64,000 bases of DNA from Maricaulis sp. GTDB lineage: Bacteria > Pseudomonadota > Alphaproteobacteria > Caulobacterales > Maricaulaceae. Positions within the stretch are counted from its first letter, which is position 1. Every line of letters begins with the position of its first letter. Positions 56,001 to 64,000 of this stretch are shown here, in pieces. Location of the stretch: assembly GCF_039978735.1 (NCBI RefSeq), contig NZ_JBDWAS010000058.1, forward strand, positions 525 through 64,524, written 5' to 3'. Under the pieces are notes generated by a model. That model ran no database searches. It saw nothing but the letters and a program-made list of their open reading frames with translations, and was not told where the DNA came from. Position numbers and translations under genes: made by a program.

Positions 56001-56209
56001 CCAAAGGGGTTGATGTCACCACCAAAGGGATTGATGTCCCCGCCGAAGGGATTGATGTCCCCGCCAAAGGGATTGATGTCGCCGCCCATGGCCCGGACGG
56101 GCCCCTGGCCGGTGGCTTCCTGCGCCAGAACGCCCTGGCTGAAGATTGCGGAAGACACGACGAGCGCGGTTGCAGCCGCACCGCTCAACAACTGACGTTT
56201 CATGGACAT
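53051..56209 (-). CDS. S8 (subtilisin-like) serine protease autotransporter with an N-terminal heptad-repeat array
   Basis: The track ORF extends to 56278 (TTG). I prefer ATG 56209 or 56203 (MSMKRQLLSGAAATALVVSSAIFSQGVLAQE). S8 triad contexts: IGLMDFS, FHHGAAV, SGTSFAAPLVSGAAALV. C-terminal ~280-aa beta-barrel-like region ends AGASFRMRF. Confidence 0.85.
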   Translation of the reverse strand: MSMKRQLLSGAAATALVVSSAIFSQGVLAQEATGQGPVRAMGGDINPFGGDINPFGGDINPFGGDINPFGGDINPFGGDINPFGGDINPFGGDINPFGGDINPFGGDINPFGGDINPFGGDINPFGGDINPFQASQSPFYGFVSPFWGNVEPYWGDINPFGGDINPFGGDINPFGGDINPFGGDINPFGGDINPFWGDLSTVGGDINPFGGDINPFGGDINPFWETAGGVWGVMNLGWDQIDPETGDYQPIADGLNLIFDEAENVFGEAIQSATGKSMNEAFLNALLDDFGIDPANPASLASMDAADRSEFFLTFYDNLMSYTGIDHVDHWMAATNWYPALSQMYGGGDRVRIGLMDFSTRSGDGYFQLSQGDFGSRDFHHGAAVRSLINAPLDGSGVMGVAQNADLISFDPYDDTQTTDWGTVELGMSYLALMQTDIVNLSMGVSGWTLAPEWERIFTSPFVRLFGDDTLFVLAAGNDGAAQTVDVDWTGVNTVENLLIVGSVDPGGHISSFSNRPGDACLTVRGSCQPGHRLMDRFLVAPGELILVDDSDGGVVRVSGTSFAAPLVSGAAALVKGHWGWLEGADLADVLLQSATDLGDEGVDAVYGHGLLNVAGAMAPIDAGDLYVVDRRGRQVSASDVMIDGGRLRFRYGSSDTVVLFENVNDTFRDFEISVDALTAGSSLSDNVSSIYAETYIYERTTGSSGASFTDAGLMDRPVLRRGNLEVTAFAGATDLQGRGLSRELGFQTGLRFADRSTGRDVMLGVGEGALALTGNDGFGLFSDHRPETGGVNPVLGFASGGVFAASGFQLSERTRLTVGSTMNHEERTYLIPGTGEERPLHDGLAAYQAMALNVAIEHRLSDTTTLHGAVTQLHETTGLLGAQGTGPLDFSGGADTSAFSMGVDTELTPRLRLSASTTAAVTRQTAFDSGLLDLDDNIVSTAAQMSIQYSGIAGEADAIRVSLMQPLHVETGSLRYTAARVTDRETGALGFDSQVWELGGERPLYTEFLYSTPLPGIMGEASLFARQQVAGNAFDRARNDLAAGASFRMRF
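55541..56086 (-). repeat. 26 in-frame 21-nt tandem units encoding GGDINPF heptads
   Basis: 13 perfect GGDINPF units (55814-56086). Three degenerate units follow (QASQSPF, YGFVSPF, WGNVEPY). Then 10 more units (WGDINPF, 5x GGDINPF, WGDLSTV, 3x GGDINPF; 55541-55750). The heptad register continues with WETAGGV, WGVMNLG and WDQIDPE. Confidence 0.95.
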
Positions 56210-56226
56210 CCCGTTCGCTTGGCCCG

Positions 56227-56242
56227 TTAAGAGAATATTAAC
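56227..56242. promoter_or_regulatory. perfect CtrA-box consensus TTAA-N7-TTAAC
   Basis: TTAAGAGAATATTAAC. With its flanking G it reads GTTAA..TTAAC and matches the consensus on both strands. It lies in the divergent region between the autotransporter and the ABC operon. Confidence 0.5.
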
Positions 56243-56405
56243 AGAGCTTTCAGTGGCTCGGCTAGGGGCGAGGCGCAATTTATGCTCGATATTTTATACA
56301 TCGGGCCCGACAGCGTGTGCGGCCCCGGCGCGAGGCGAAACTCTGCGGCGTCCGGGCGCACACCCTGCCTGCCGCATCGTGTTATAGAGAGCCGGTGAAG
56401 GGTGG

Positions 56406-57155
56406 ATGGAGCCCATGCAGGACACGCAGGGCCAGAGCGGTCGAGACCGGGACACGGCGTGTTTTCGCACGCGCGGCCTGACGAAAGTCTATGGCAGCGG
56501 TGCGTCTGCTGTGCATGCCCTGCGTGGCGTCGATCTGGACATTCCCGAGGGCGATCTGGTGGTCCTGCTGGGGCCGTCCGGTTCGGGAAAGTCCACGCTG
56601 CTCAACATACTGGGCGGTCTGGACCGGCCGACCGGCGGTGAATTCCTGTTCCGGGGTGAGAATCTCACTCAGGCCTCGACCCGGGCGCTGACCCTCTACC
56701 GGCGCCGGCATGTCGGCTTCGTCTTCCAGTTCTACAATCTGATGCCCTCGCTGACGGCGCGGGAAAATGTCGAGCTGGTGACCGAGATCGCGCAGAACGG
56801 TCTGTCCGCCGGCGAGGCGCTCGAGCTGGTCGGTCTGGAAAAGCGTGCCGATCATTTTCCCGCCGAACTGTCCGGCGGCGAGCAGCAGCGGGTCGCGATC
56901 GCGCGGGCCATCGCCAAGCGGCCCGAGGTCATGCTGTGCGACGAACCGACCGGCGCGCTCGACAGTGCGACCGGTATCCGCGTGCTGCAGGCGCTCAAGA
57001 CCGTCAACGAGACGCTGGGCGCGACGACGATCATCATCACCCACAATGCCGGCGTCGCGGACATGGCGCATCGCGTCATCACCTTTTCCGACGGGCAGGT
57101 CGGCAATGTCCGCGTCAACACCGAACGCGCCAATCCGGAGGATCTGGCATGGTAG
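56406..57155 (+). CDS. ABC transporter ATP-binding protein (MacB/DevA-type)
   Basis: 249 aa. Walker [13 protein letters not shown], signature [14 protein letters not shown], Walker [13 protein letters not shown]. Confidence 0.9.
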   Translation: MEPMQDTQGQSGRDRDTACFRTRGLTKVYGSGASAVHALRGVDLDIPEGDLVVLLGPSGSGKSTLLNILGGLDRPTGGEFLFRGENLTQASTRALTLYRRRHVGFVFQFYNLMPSLTARENVELVTEIAQNGLSAGEALELVGLEKRADHFPAELSGGEQQRVAIARAIAKRPEVMLCDEPTGALDSATGIRVLQALKTVNETLGATTIIITHNAGVADMAHRVITFSDGQVGNVRVNTERANPEDLAW

Positions 57156-59551
57156 GCGGCGGTCGGTTCGACATGGCGCGCCTGGTGCCGCGCAAGCTCG
57201 ACCGAAAACTCCTGCGTGACCTCTGGGCGACCAAGATGCAGGCCATCGCGATCGCCTTTGTCGTGGCTGCCGGTATCGCGGTTCATGTCGTGGCGGCCGG
57301 CATGCTCGATTCGCTGCAGGAAACCCGGCGTGCGTATTACGACCGCTACCGGTTTGCCGATGTCTGGGCGCCGGTGGTGCGGGCGCCCGACCGGCTCCTC
57401 GCCGGTATCCGCGACATTCCCGGCGTGGCCGCTGCCGAAACGCGGGTGACATCGCATGTCCTGTTCGACATTCCCGGCATGGACGCGCCCGCCAGCGGCC
57501 AGGCGATTTCCCTGCCGGACAACGGCCGCCCCGCCGTCAATCACATCCATCTGACCGAAGGCCGTCTGCCCCGCCGCGGCCAGCGCGACGAGGCCGTTCT
57601 GCTGGACGCCTTTGCCCGGGCCCACGGCATTGCGGTCGGGGACACCGTCGCCCTGACGCTGCATGGCGGACGGGAGGAGTTGCGGATAGTCGGGATCGCG
57701 CTTTCGCCGGAGCATGTCTATGCGGTGGCGCCGGGGCAGCTTGTGCCGGATGCACGGCTGTTCGGCGTTGTCTGGATGGGGCGCGAGGCCCTGGCCCAGG
57801 CCGTCGACCGCGACGGCGCTTTTACCGAGGCCGTTGTGACGCTGGAGCCGGGCTATCCGGAGGCCGCGGTGACCGGCGCCCTGGACCGGCTGCTGGCGCC
57901 CTATGGCGCACCGGGTGCCTACGGCCGGGAGCAGCAGATCTCCGACGCCTTCATCTCCAGCGAGATCACACAGCTGTCGACCATGGCGCGCGTGCTGCCG
58001 CCGATCTTTCTCGCCGTTGCCGCCTTTCTGGTGAATGTCGTCCTCACCCGGCTCGTGGCGATGGAGCGGACCGAGATCGGCCTGCTCAAGGCGTTCGGCT
58101 ATCACGATGGCGACGTGGTCTGGCACTATGTGAAGTTCGCTGGTGCCATCGGGGTGCTGGGCCTGGCGATCGGGCTCGGCCTGGGCACCTGGCTCGGCCG
58201 GCAGATGGCGGTGCTCTACACCGAATACTACCACTTTCCCTTCCTGATCTTCCGTCTCGAGGCGGGGGTCTATCTGTCGGCCTGTCTCGTGACGGCCCTC
58301 GCCGTGGGCGGCGGTGGCGCCCTGGCCGCCTGGCGGGCCGCCCGGCTCGATCCGGCCGTGGCGATGCGCGCGCCGCCGCCGCCCGACTATTCCAAGTCCA
58401 TCGGCGCCGGCCTGACGCGCTGGCGGATGCTCGACCGCCAGACCCGGATGGTGTTCCGCCAGATCCTGCGCTGGCCGGGCCGTTCCGCTTTCACCCTGGT
58501 CGGCGTGTCCGTGTCCGGCGGGCTTTTGATCGGCACGCTCTTCTTCCTCGACAGTGTCGACGTGATGATCGACGTCTATTTCAACAGCGCCAACCGGCAG
58601 GACGTCTCCGTGTCCTTTGTCGAGCCGCGCTCCTGGGAGGCCTTTCATTCGCTGCGCCGCATGCCGGGCGTGATCGAGGCCGAGCCCGTGCGGCAGGTCG
58701 CGGTGCGGCTGCGGCATGGCGCCGCCGAGGAGCGCACGGCGCTGTCCGGTGTGCCGCGCGGGGCGCGCCTGTCGCGCATGGTCGATCTGGACAATCGCAG
58801 CGTCGAGGCGCCGCCGGGGGCCCTGGTCATGTCGCAGGACCTGGCCGACAAGCTGTCCATTGCCGCCGGCGATCTTATCGAGGTCGAGGTCACCGAAGGG
58901 CGCCGTCCGGTTTTCGAACTGCCGGTCTCGGCCGTCACCACGACCCTGGTCGGTTCCGGACTGCAGATGGAGATCGGCGACCTGAACCGCCTGCTGGGCG
59001 AGGGGCGGGTGCTGTCGGGGGCGTCGCTGCGGGTCGACGCCCATGAAACCCGTGCGCTCTATGCCCGGCTCAAGGATACGCCGGGCATTGCCGGCGTCTC
59101 GCTGCAGAGCGAGGCCGAGGAGCGCTTCGTGGAGCTGCTGGACCAGAGCCTGGGCACCTCGATCGTCATCTATACCGGGTTTGCGGCCCTGATCGCGATC
59201 GGCGTGGTCTACAACAGTGTGCGCATCTCGTTTTCCGAACGCGAGCATGAACTCGCCGTGCTGCGCGTCCTCGGTTTCACGCGCGGCGAGGTCGCCTATG
59301 TGCTGCTCGGCGAGATCGCCATCCTGACGCTGCTGGCCCTGCCGGTCGGCGCACTCATGGGAACCGGGCTGGCCTGGGGCTTCTCCCAGGCGATGAGTTC
59401 GGACCTGTTCCGCCTGCCCTTCGTGATCAGCCCGCGCACTTATGGCTATGCGGCCGGTGTCGTGCTGGTGATCGCGATATCGTCCGCCCTCATGATCCGC
59501 TCCCGGCTGGACAAGCTGGACATGGTCGCCGTGCTCAAGTCCGGCGAATAG
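57149..59551 (+). CDS. ABC transporter permease with two FtsX modules (YbbP/DevC-like, ~800 aa)
   Basis: In frame in track ORF 56936..59551. The ATG at 57149 overlaps the ATPase gene end. FtsX cores: [23 protein letters not shown] and [23 protein letters not shown]. Confidence 0.85.
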   Translation: MVGGGRFDMARLVPRKLDRKLLRDLWATKMQAIAIAFVVAAGIAVHVVAAGMLDSLQETRRAYYDRYRFADVWAPVVRAPDRLLAGIRDIPGVAAAETRVTSHVLFDIPGMDAPASGQAISLPDNGRPAVNHIHLTEGRLPRRGQRDEAVLLDAFARAHGIAVGDTVALTLHGGREELRIVGIALSPEHVYAVAPGQLVPDARLFGVVWMGREALAQAVDRDGAFTEAVVTLEPGYPEAAVTGALDRLLAPYGAPGAYGREQQISDAFISSEITQLSTMARVLPPIFLAVAAFLVNVVLTRLVAMERTEIGLLKAFGYHDGDVVWHYVKFAGAIGVLGLAIGLGLGTWLGRQMAVLYTEYYHFPFLIFRLEAGVYLSACLVTALAVGGGGALAAWRAARLDPAVAMRAPPPPDYSKSIGAGLTRWRMLDRQTRMVFRQILRWPGRSAFTLVGVSVSGGLLIGTLFFLDSVDVMIDVYFNSANRQDVSVSFVEPRSWEAFHSLRRMPGVIEAEPVRQVAVRLRHGAAEERTALSGVPRGARLSRMVDLDNRSVEAPPGALVMSQDLADKLSIAAGDLIEVEVTEGRRPVFELPVSAVTTTLVGSGLQMEIGDLNRLLGEGRVLSGASLRVDAHETRALYARLKDTPGIAGVSLQSEAEERFVELLDQSLGTSIVIYTGFAALIAIGVVYNSVRISFSEREHELAVLRVLGFTRGEVAYVLLGEIAILTLLALPVGALMGTGLAWGFSQAMSSDLFRLPFVISPRTYGYAAGVVLVIAISSALMIRSRLDKLDMVAVLKSGE

Positions 59552-59563
59552 GAGATCATTCGC

Positions 59564-60769
59564 ATGAAACTCAGCTTCCGAACCGTGTTCTGGGGACTGG
59601 CCGCACTGATCGTCGTCATCCTTCTGGTGCTGGCCTTCCGCCCTCGGCCATTGCCGGTCGATATGGGCGAGGTCATGAGCGGGCCCATGTCGGTCACGGT
59701 GAGCGATGAGGGGCGGACGCGGATCCGCGATGTCTATGCCGTCGCCGCCCCGGTCGGCGGCCGCCTGCTGCGGGTGGCAGCCGAAGCCGGCGATGCCGTT
59801 GCGGCCGGCGATGTGGTGGCCCGTCTCCTGCCCAGCGAGCCGGCTTTCCTGGATGCCCGCACAGAAGCCGAGGCGCGCGCTGCCGTCGATCTCGCCGAGG
59901 CCGGCCTCGCCGCATCCCGCGCCGATGCCGAGAGCACCGCCGCCACGCTGGAGCTCGCACGGTCGGAACATGCGCGTATCCGCTCGCTGTTCGACAGCGG
60001 GATCGCCTCCCAGGCGCAACTCGATCGCCTGGCCAGCGAGCTGCGCGCGGCCCGGGCGGCGGACAACCGGGCGCGGGCCTCGGTCAATATGCGGCAGGCG
60101 GAGGTGGAAGCCGCGCGTGTCCGGCTGCTCGAGCCGGATGGCGCGCCGGGCGGCAATGGCAGCGTGCTGGACATCCGGGCGCCGATCGGCGGTGTCGTGC
60201 TGCGGGTGCTGCAGGAAAGTGAAACGCCGCTCGCGCCGGGCGCCGTCGTGATGGAAATCGGCGATCCGGCGGACCTGGAGGTCGTGGCAGAATTCCTCTC
60301 CACCGAAGCCGTGCAGGTTGAAGCGGGCGCCGCCGCCCGGATCACCGGCTGGGGTGCTGGAAACGACCCGCTTTCAGCGCGCGTGCGCCGGATCGAGCCC
60401 TATGGCTTCCTGAAGGTCTCGGCGCTGGGGGTCGAGGAGCAGCGGGTCAATGTGATCCTCGATTTCGACGCGCCGGCCGACAGCTGGCGGCGGCTGGGCC
60501 ATGGTTACCGGGTCGAGGCGGCGATCACCGTGTGGGAGACCGGCGAAGCGGTTCAGGTGCCCGTCGCGGCCCTGTTCCGCGAGGATGGCAGCTGGGCCGT
60601 CTACCGGGTCGAGGACGGCCGGGCGCGTCTGACCCCGGTCGAGATCGGCCACGACAATGGCGAGACTGCGGAGATCCTGTCCGGGATCGAACCGGGGCGC
60701 CGCATCATCCTCTATCCCGGTGCAGGCCTGTCCGACGGCGTTCGCGTGGCGCTGCGCGATCCGGAATAA
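59564..60769 (+). CDS. HlyD-family periplasmic adaptor
   Basis: 401 aa. N-terminal TM FWGLAALIVVILLVLAF. Ala/Arg-rich coiled coil. VLDIRAPIGGVVLRV. Confidence 0.85.
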   Translation: MKLSFRTVFWGLAALIVVILLVLAFRPRPLPVDMGEVMSGPMSVTVSDEGRTRIRDVYAVAAPVGGRLLRVAAEAGDAVAAGDVVARLLPSEPAFLDARTEAEARAAVDLAEAGLAASRADAESTAATLELARSEHARIRSLFDSGIASQAQLDRLASELRAARAADNRARASVNMRQAEVEAARVRLLEPDGAPGGNGSVLDIRAPIGGVVLRVLQESETPLAPGAVVMEIGDPADLEVVAEFLSTEAVQVEAGAAARITGWGAGNDPLSARVRRIEPYGFLKVSALGVEEQRVNVILDFDAPADSWRRLGHGYRVEAAITVWETGEAVQVPVAALFREDGSWAVYRVEDGRARLTPVEIGHDNGETAEILSGIEPGRRIILYPGAGLSDGVRVALRDPE

Positions 60770-60776
60770 AAGGAAC

Positions 60777-60800
60777 GGCGGCCCGAAAGACCGGGCCGCC
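60777..60800. terminator. bidirectional GC hairpin between convergent genes
   Basis: GGCGGCCCG-AAAGAC-CGGGCCGCC, a perfect 9-bp stem between the HlyD stop (60769) and the TBDR stop (60829). Confidence 0.5.
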
Positions 60801-60828
60801 GCACAGGGATGTGCCGGCTGGTTGGGGC

Positions 60829-63807
60829 CTAGAAGTTGACTGTCACACCCACCGTGTAGACCCGGCCCAGCACGTCATAGAGGCTGGGGAAGGTGTTGCC
60901 GGAGTTGAACGAGGTCGTCCCCGTCGAGTTGCCGATGACCGGCGGATCCTCGTCGAAGATGTTGGTGACCGTCGCGTTGAAACGGACATTGTCGTTCAGC
61001 CGGTAGGACCCGGCGAGATCGAAATAATCGTAGGCTTCGATCGAACGGAAGGCCGGGAACAGGTTTGCGGCCTCCCCCGTCTGCGCATCCATGCCGGACA
61101 GGTGACGCCACAGGTAGGACAGTTCCACATCGTCGAAGCGCCAGGTGGTGCGCTGGACGATACGCAGCTGCGGCACCGGATCGCAGGTCGTGCCGTAATA
61201 CCCGTTGCAGTCGACCACCGCCGAGAAGGGCGCCGATTGCAGCTCGTTGGTCATGTAGTAGTTGGCGTTGACGTTGATATCGAGATTGCCCCAGTTGCCC
61301 AGGTCGTAACCCGTATTGGCACTGATCTCGATGCCCTCGGCCCGGCGGAAGGTCAGGTTGGTGTTGTAGCCGGGAAGGCCGGCACCGGACGTCGCCAGCG
61401 ACCCGTTGATCCGCACGATCCCGGCACAGCCGGCCGGATCGGCCAGGACGTAGCACGCATCCATCGCTTCCTGTCCCGAGAACGTCCCGATGAAGTCGTC
61501 GATCTGGATATCGTAATAGTCGATCGAGATCAGCGGGTCGGTGACGCGGGGCAGGTTGAGGCTGGGCGACCAAACCAGGCCCAGCGTCAGGGTTTCCGCC
61601 GTTTCCGGTCCGGGCAGTGCGTTCGGCTGGGTGCCGCCGAACTGGTTGACCTGGCCGGACACGATGTCGCCGACGACACCGACCAGCGCCGGCGGCACGC
61701 CGGTCGCTTCGCACAATGCGCGCAGATTGGCGTCGATCGGGTTTGGATTGCCCGCCGAGCAGGGGTCGAACGTCGCGTTGGACAGGCCTGTGGTGATCGG
61801 GCTGAACAGCTCACTGATGTTCGGGGCACGGTTGGCCTGCTGCAGCATGGCCCGCAGACGCAGGCTTTCGACCGGAGACCAGTTGATACCGGCCTTCCAG
61901 GTCGCTGACTGGCCGGAGATGGAATAGTCCGAAAGGCGATAGCCCAGCTCTACATTGAGGTCTTCGAACAGGGGCCGCCCCTCGGCCAGCGGGATGAACA
62001 TCTCGCCGAAGGCCTCGTAGACGTCATAGGAACCGGAGACCGGCAGCACATTGCCGCCGGCGCCGCCCTGACAGCTGGTCGGCGGGGTTTGCAGGCAGTT
62101 GTCGGGCAAGGTCGAAGCCGTTTCCTGGCGATACTCGATCCCGAACGCCGCATCGACCGGATTGTCTGCCCAGGGCATCTGCCAGCCGGACACCGGTCCG
62201 CTCATCGAGGCGGACAGGATGTCCTGTGTCGTCTTTTCCTGCAGCAATGCCGTCACCGAGGCATAGCCCGCCATGGCGTCGGTGATGATCCCGAAACCGC
62301 CGGAGAACAGATCGAGCGGCACACAGGTCGACGGGCCGACCTGTCCGTTCGGCGTGATACAGGTGGTCGCGTCGACCGTATTCAGCGCCGTCGCGATATT
62401 GGTCACATTCGTGTAGCCGGCGCGGACCCGGGTCCGGTCGGATTCGCCGTGCTGGTAGGACAGATCATAGGCCCAGTCGCCCCACAGATCACCGCGCAGG
62501 CCGGCAACGATGTGGAACTGGTTGGCATCGAATGCTTCCGAGCGTGTGCCCAGTTCCAGCGTGCGGCGGCGGATCGGCACCGAGATGGAGTCGTTGAGGT
62601 CGAAAAGACCGTTGGAATTGTTGTCGATCGCACCGGTTGTCGGATCAAACACGCCGACGCCCGCATTCGTCGCGAAGCTGTTGACCTGGTCCAGGATCGA
62701 CTGGCGGGCAGCGGCCGACAGGAAGGGGTTCATCAGTGGAAGGGTGAACACATTGCCGAACACGCCGGAGGGCGCGATCTGCTGGGTCACGTTCGTCGCG
62801 GTGAAATTGCCGCGGCCGTAGAGCTCGAAATGCCGGTTGATCTCGTAGCGGCCGACAAAATCGAGATTAAACCGCTCCTGCGGTGTCTGATAGTAGTTGA
62901 ACGGGTTGAAATTGAAGCGGGAACAGCGCGGTCCCAGCGTTCCGTCATTGCGGAATTGCAGGGTCTGTCCCGGCAGGTCCAGCGCGGTCGGAATGGCGGT
63001 GGTGGAGCCGGAGGCCGTGTCGTCGACCCCGTTCGGTGACTGGCAGTCGGCCTCTTCGGGCAGCAACGGGGCGCCGCCCAGACCGGAGCCATTGGTCGAC
63101 GAGACGCCGACAAGCCCGAACGGGCGATCGCCGAACTGCACGCCCATTCGCTGGGTATAGCCCAGGCTGGCCATCACATTGCCACGGCCATTGTCGAGAT
63201 TGGTGCCCAGAAGGACGGAAAGATTGTGCTGCTCGCCGTCCGACTGTTCCGATGCGCGGCCCTCATAGCTCAGTTCCACGCCTTCGAAATCATTCTTCAG
63301 GATGAAGTTGATCGCGCCGGACATGGCATCGGAGCCGTAGACAGCAGACGCCCCGCCGGTGACCACATCGACCCGTTCGAGCATGTTCACGGGAATGGTC
63401 TGGGTATCGACGGTGCCGGTCAGCGAGAACGGCGTCAGGCGCTTGCCGTCGACCAGAACCAGGCTGCGATTGGTCCCGAGGCCACGCAGGTTGATCGATG
63501 CGGCGCCAGAGGTGCCATTGTTGACGTTCTGGCCATCGCCGGGGATGGTCGATGGAAGGTTGCGGAATATCCGCTCGATATTCGCCTCTTGCTGGAACTC
63601 CAGCTCGACTTCGCTGACTGATGTCACCGGGCTGCTGGAGACCACGTTGGGCGACTGGATACGCGTGCCGGTGACCACGACAATATCATTGCCGGACTCC
63701 GGCTCGTCCTGCGCCAGTGCAGGTGCGCCGGCGGCGGCAAGGCTCAGCGCAACGCCGCCGAGCAGCGCTGTGCGCAGTCTCGGCATGTATCTGTAATGTC
63801 CGCTCAT
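60829..63807 (-). CDS. TonB-dependent receptor (long type, paralog of 45196..48099)
   Basis: The track ORF extends to 63906. The ATG at 63807 follows GAGGGA (MSGHYRYMPRLRTALLGGVALSLAAAGAPALAQDE). NDIVVVTGTRIQ, VDVVTGGASAVYGSDAMSGAINFIL, C-terminal VGVTVNF. Confidence 0.9.
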   Translation of the reverse strand: MSGHYRYMPRLRTALLGGVALSLAAAGAPALAQDEPESGNDIVVVTGTRIQSPNVVSSSPVTSVSEVELEFQQEANIERIFRNLPSTIPGDGQNVNNGTSGAASINLRGLGTNRSLVLVDGKRLTPFSLTGTVDTQTIPVNMLERVDVVTGGASAVYGSDAMSGAINFILKNDFEGVELSYEGRASEQSDGEQHNLSVLLGTNLDNGRGNVMASLGYTQRMGVQFGDRPFGLVGVSSTNGSGLGGAPLLPEEADCQSPNGVDDTASGSTTAIPTALDLPGQTLQFRNDGTLGPRCSRFNFNPFNYYQTPQERFNLDFVGRYEINRHFELYGRGNFTATNVTQQIAPSGVFGNVFTLPLMNPFLSAAARQSILDQVNSFATNAGVGVFDPTTGAIDNNSNGLFDLNDSISVPIRRRTLELGTRSEAFDANQFHIVAGLRGDLWGDWAYDLSYQHGESDRTRVRAGYTNVTNIATALNTVDATTCITPNGQVGPSTCVPLDLFSGGFGIITDAMAGYASVTALLQEKTTQDILSASMSGPVSGWQMPWADNPVDAAFGIEYRQETASTLPDNCLQTPPTSCQGGAGGNVLPVSGSYDVYEAFGEMFIPLAEGRPLFEDLNVELGYRLSDYSISGQSATWKAGINWSPVESLRLRAMLQQANRAPNISELFSPITTGLSNATFDPCSAGNPNPIDANLRALCEATGVPPALVGVVGDIVSGQVNQFGGTQPNALPGPETAETLTLGLVWSPSLNLPRVTDPLISIDYYDIQIDDFIGTFSGQEAMDACYVLADPAGCAGIVRINGSLATSGAGLPGYNTNLTFRRAEGIEISANTGYDLGNWGNLDINVNANYYMTNELQSAPFSAVVDCNGYYGTTCDPVPQLRIVQRTTWRFDDVELSYLWRHLSGMDAQTGEAANLFPAFRSIEAYDYFDLAGSYRLNDNVRFNATVTNIFDEDPPVIGNSTGTTSFNSGNTFPSLYDVLGRVYTVGVTVNF

Positions 63808-64000
63808 TTTTCCCTCGTAGGCATGGATTGAGACAGGCGCATTCGCGCCCCGACGCGCGGTCCCCCCGCTCGTCTCCATCCACGCTGTCATGGGGGCGTG
63901 TGACACTTCGCCAGCAAAGCGTCGATCATCGCGGAAAACGCGACCAGCGGTCTTGGTCGCGGCGAAAAGTCCGGAATTCTTCGGTGAACGGTCCGAAAAG

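Noticed and set aside
55541-56086. The regular 21-nt repeat array could superficially look like a CRISPR or a non-coding minisatellite.
   Set aside because: There are no unique spacers. The period is 21 nt, in frame with a 1052-aa ORF that has a signal peptide, an S8 domain and an autotransporter barrel. Unit-to-unit differences are synonymous.

Overview
GC-rich (by eye about two-thirds G+C, not computed), gene-dense chromosomal segment. Gene content, ECF/FecR modules and a perfect CtrA box suggest a TonB-receptor-rich, probably marine, alphaproteobacterium; this is inference. I can support about 46 protein-coding genes. I see no rRNA, tRNA or CRISPR array and no recognisable IS element or integrase. 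All product calls come from reading motifs in the translations, not from database searches.

Layout:
- 1-3870: katG (cut by the window edge), moaB, moeA.
- 3.9-9.2 kb: a TetR-linked module of metal-hydrolase-like gene, DUF2147 gene, TetR and a TonB-dependent receptor (TBDR). Two related palindromic operators flank it.
- 9.6-15.1 kb: a small Sec-exported 4-Cys protein, then a split MacB-type ABC pump, a TolC-like protein and a HlyD adaptor.
- 15.1-32.6 kb: a catabolic island. It holds two thiolases, a TBDR, two SDRs, a DapB-like oxidoreductase, five NTF2/LEH-fold paralogs, a tandem-HxlR regulator, an MFS transporter, an acyl-CoA ligase, a DUF1295 protein and a carotenoid/stilbene-cleavage-type oxygenase.
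- 32.6-34.5 kb: a lower-GC two-gene glycosyltransferase cassette.
- 34.6-40.0 kb: a DASS transporter and secreted esterase, divergent from a double-TetR regulator and a signal-peptide-bearing fumarase/adenylosuccinate-lyase-superfamily enzyme.
- 40.1-50.3 kb: ECF sigma, FecR, an STN-type TBDR, a second TBDR and an S9 peptidase.
- 50.3-52.9 kb: a TPR/degenerate-GGDEF/EAL protein.
- 53.0-56.2 kb: an S8-protease autotransporter whose N-terminus is an array of GGDINPF heptads.
- 56.4-60.8 kb: ABC ATPase, an 800-aa double-FtsX permease and HlyD.
- 60.8-63.8 kb: a fifth TBDR.

Most interesting signals:
- A recurrent asymmetric 19-nt motif (TGACTTGCAY..AAACC) sits just upstream of island genes.
- The island itself looks like an undescribed TonB-dependent polyene/terpenoid or stilbenoid utilisation locus.
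- It encodes a single-chain tandem HxlR regulator with a Cys/His knuckle after each domain.
- The heptad-repeat S8 autotransporter.
- The small-cargo plus MacB/TolC/HlyD operon.
- An apparently periplasmic class-II lyase.

The many very long antisense ORFs in the track are codon-aligned shadow ORFs, and I rejected them.
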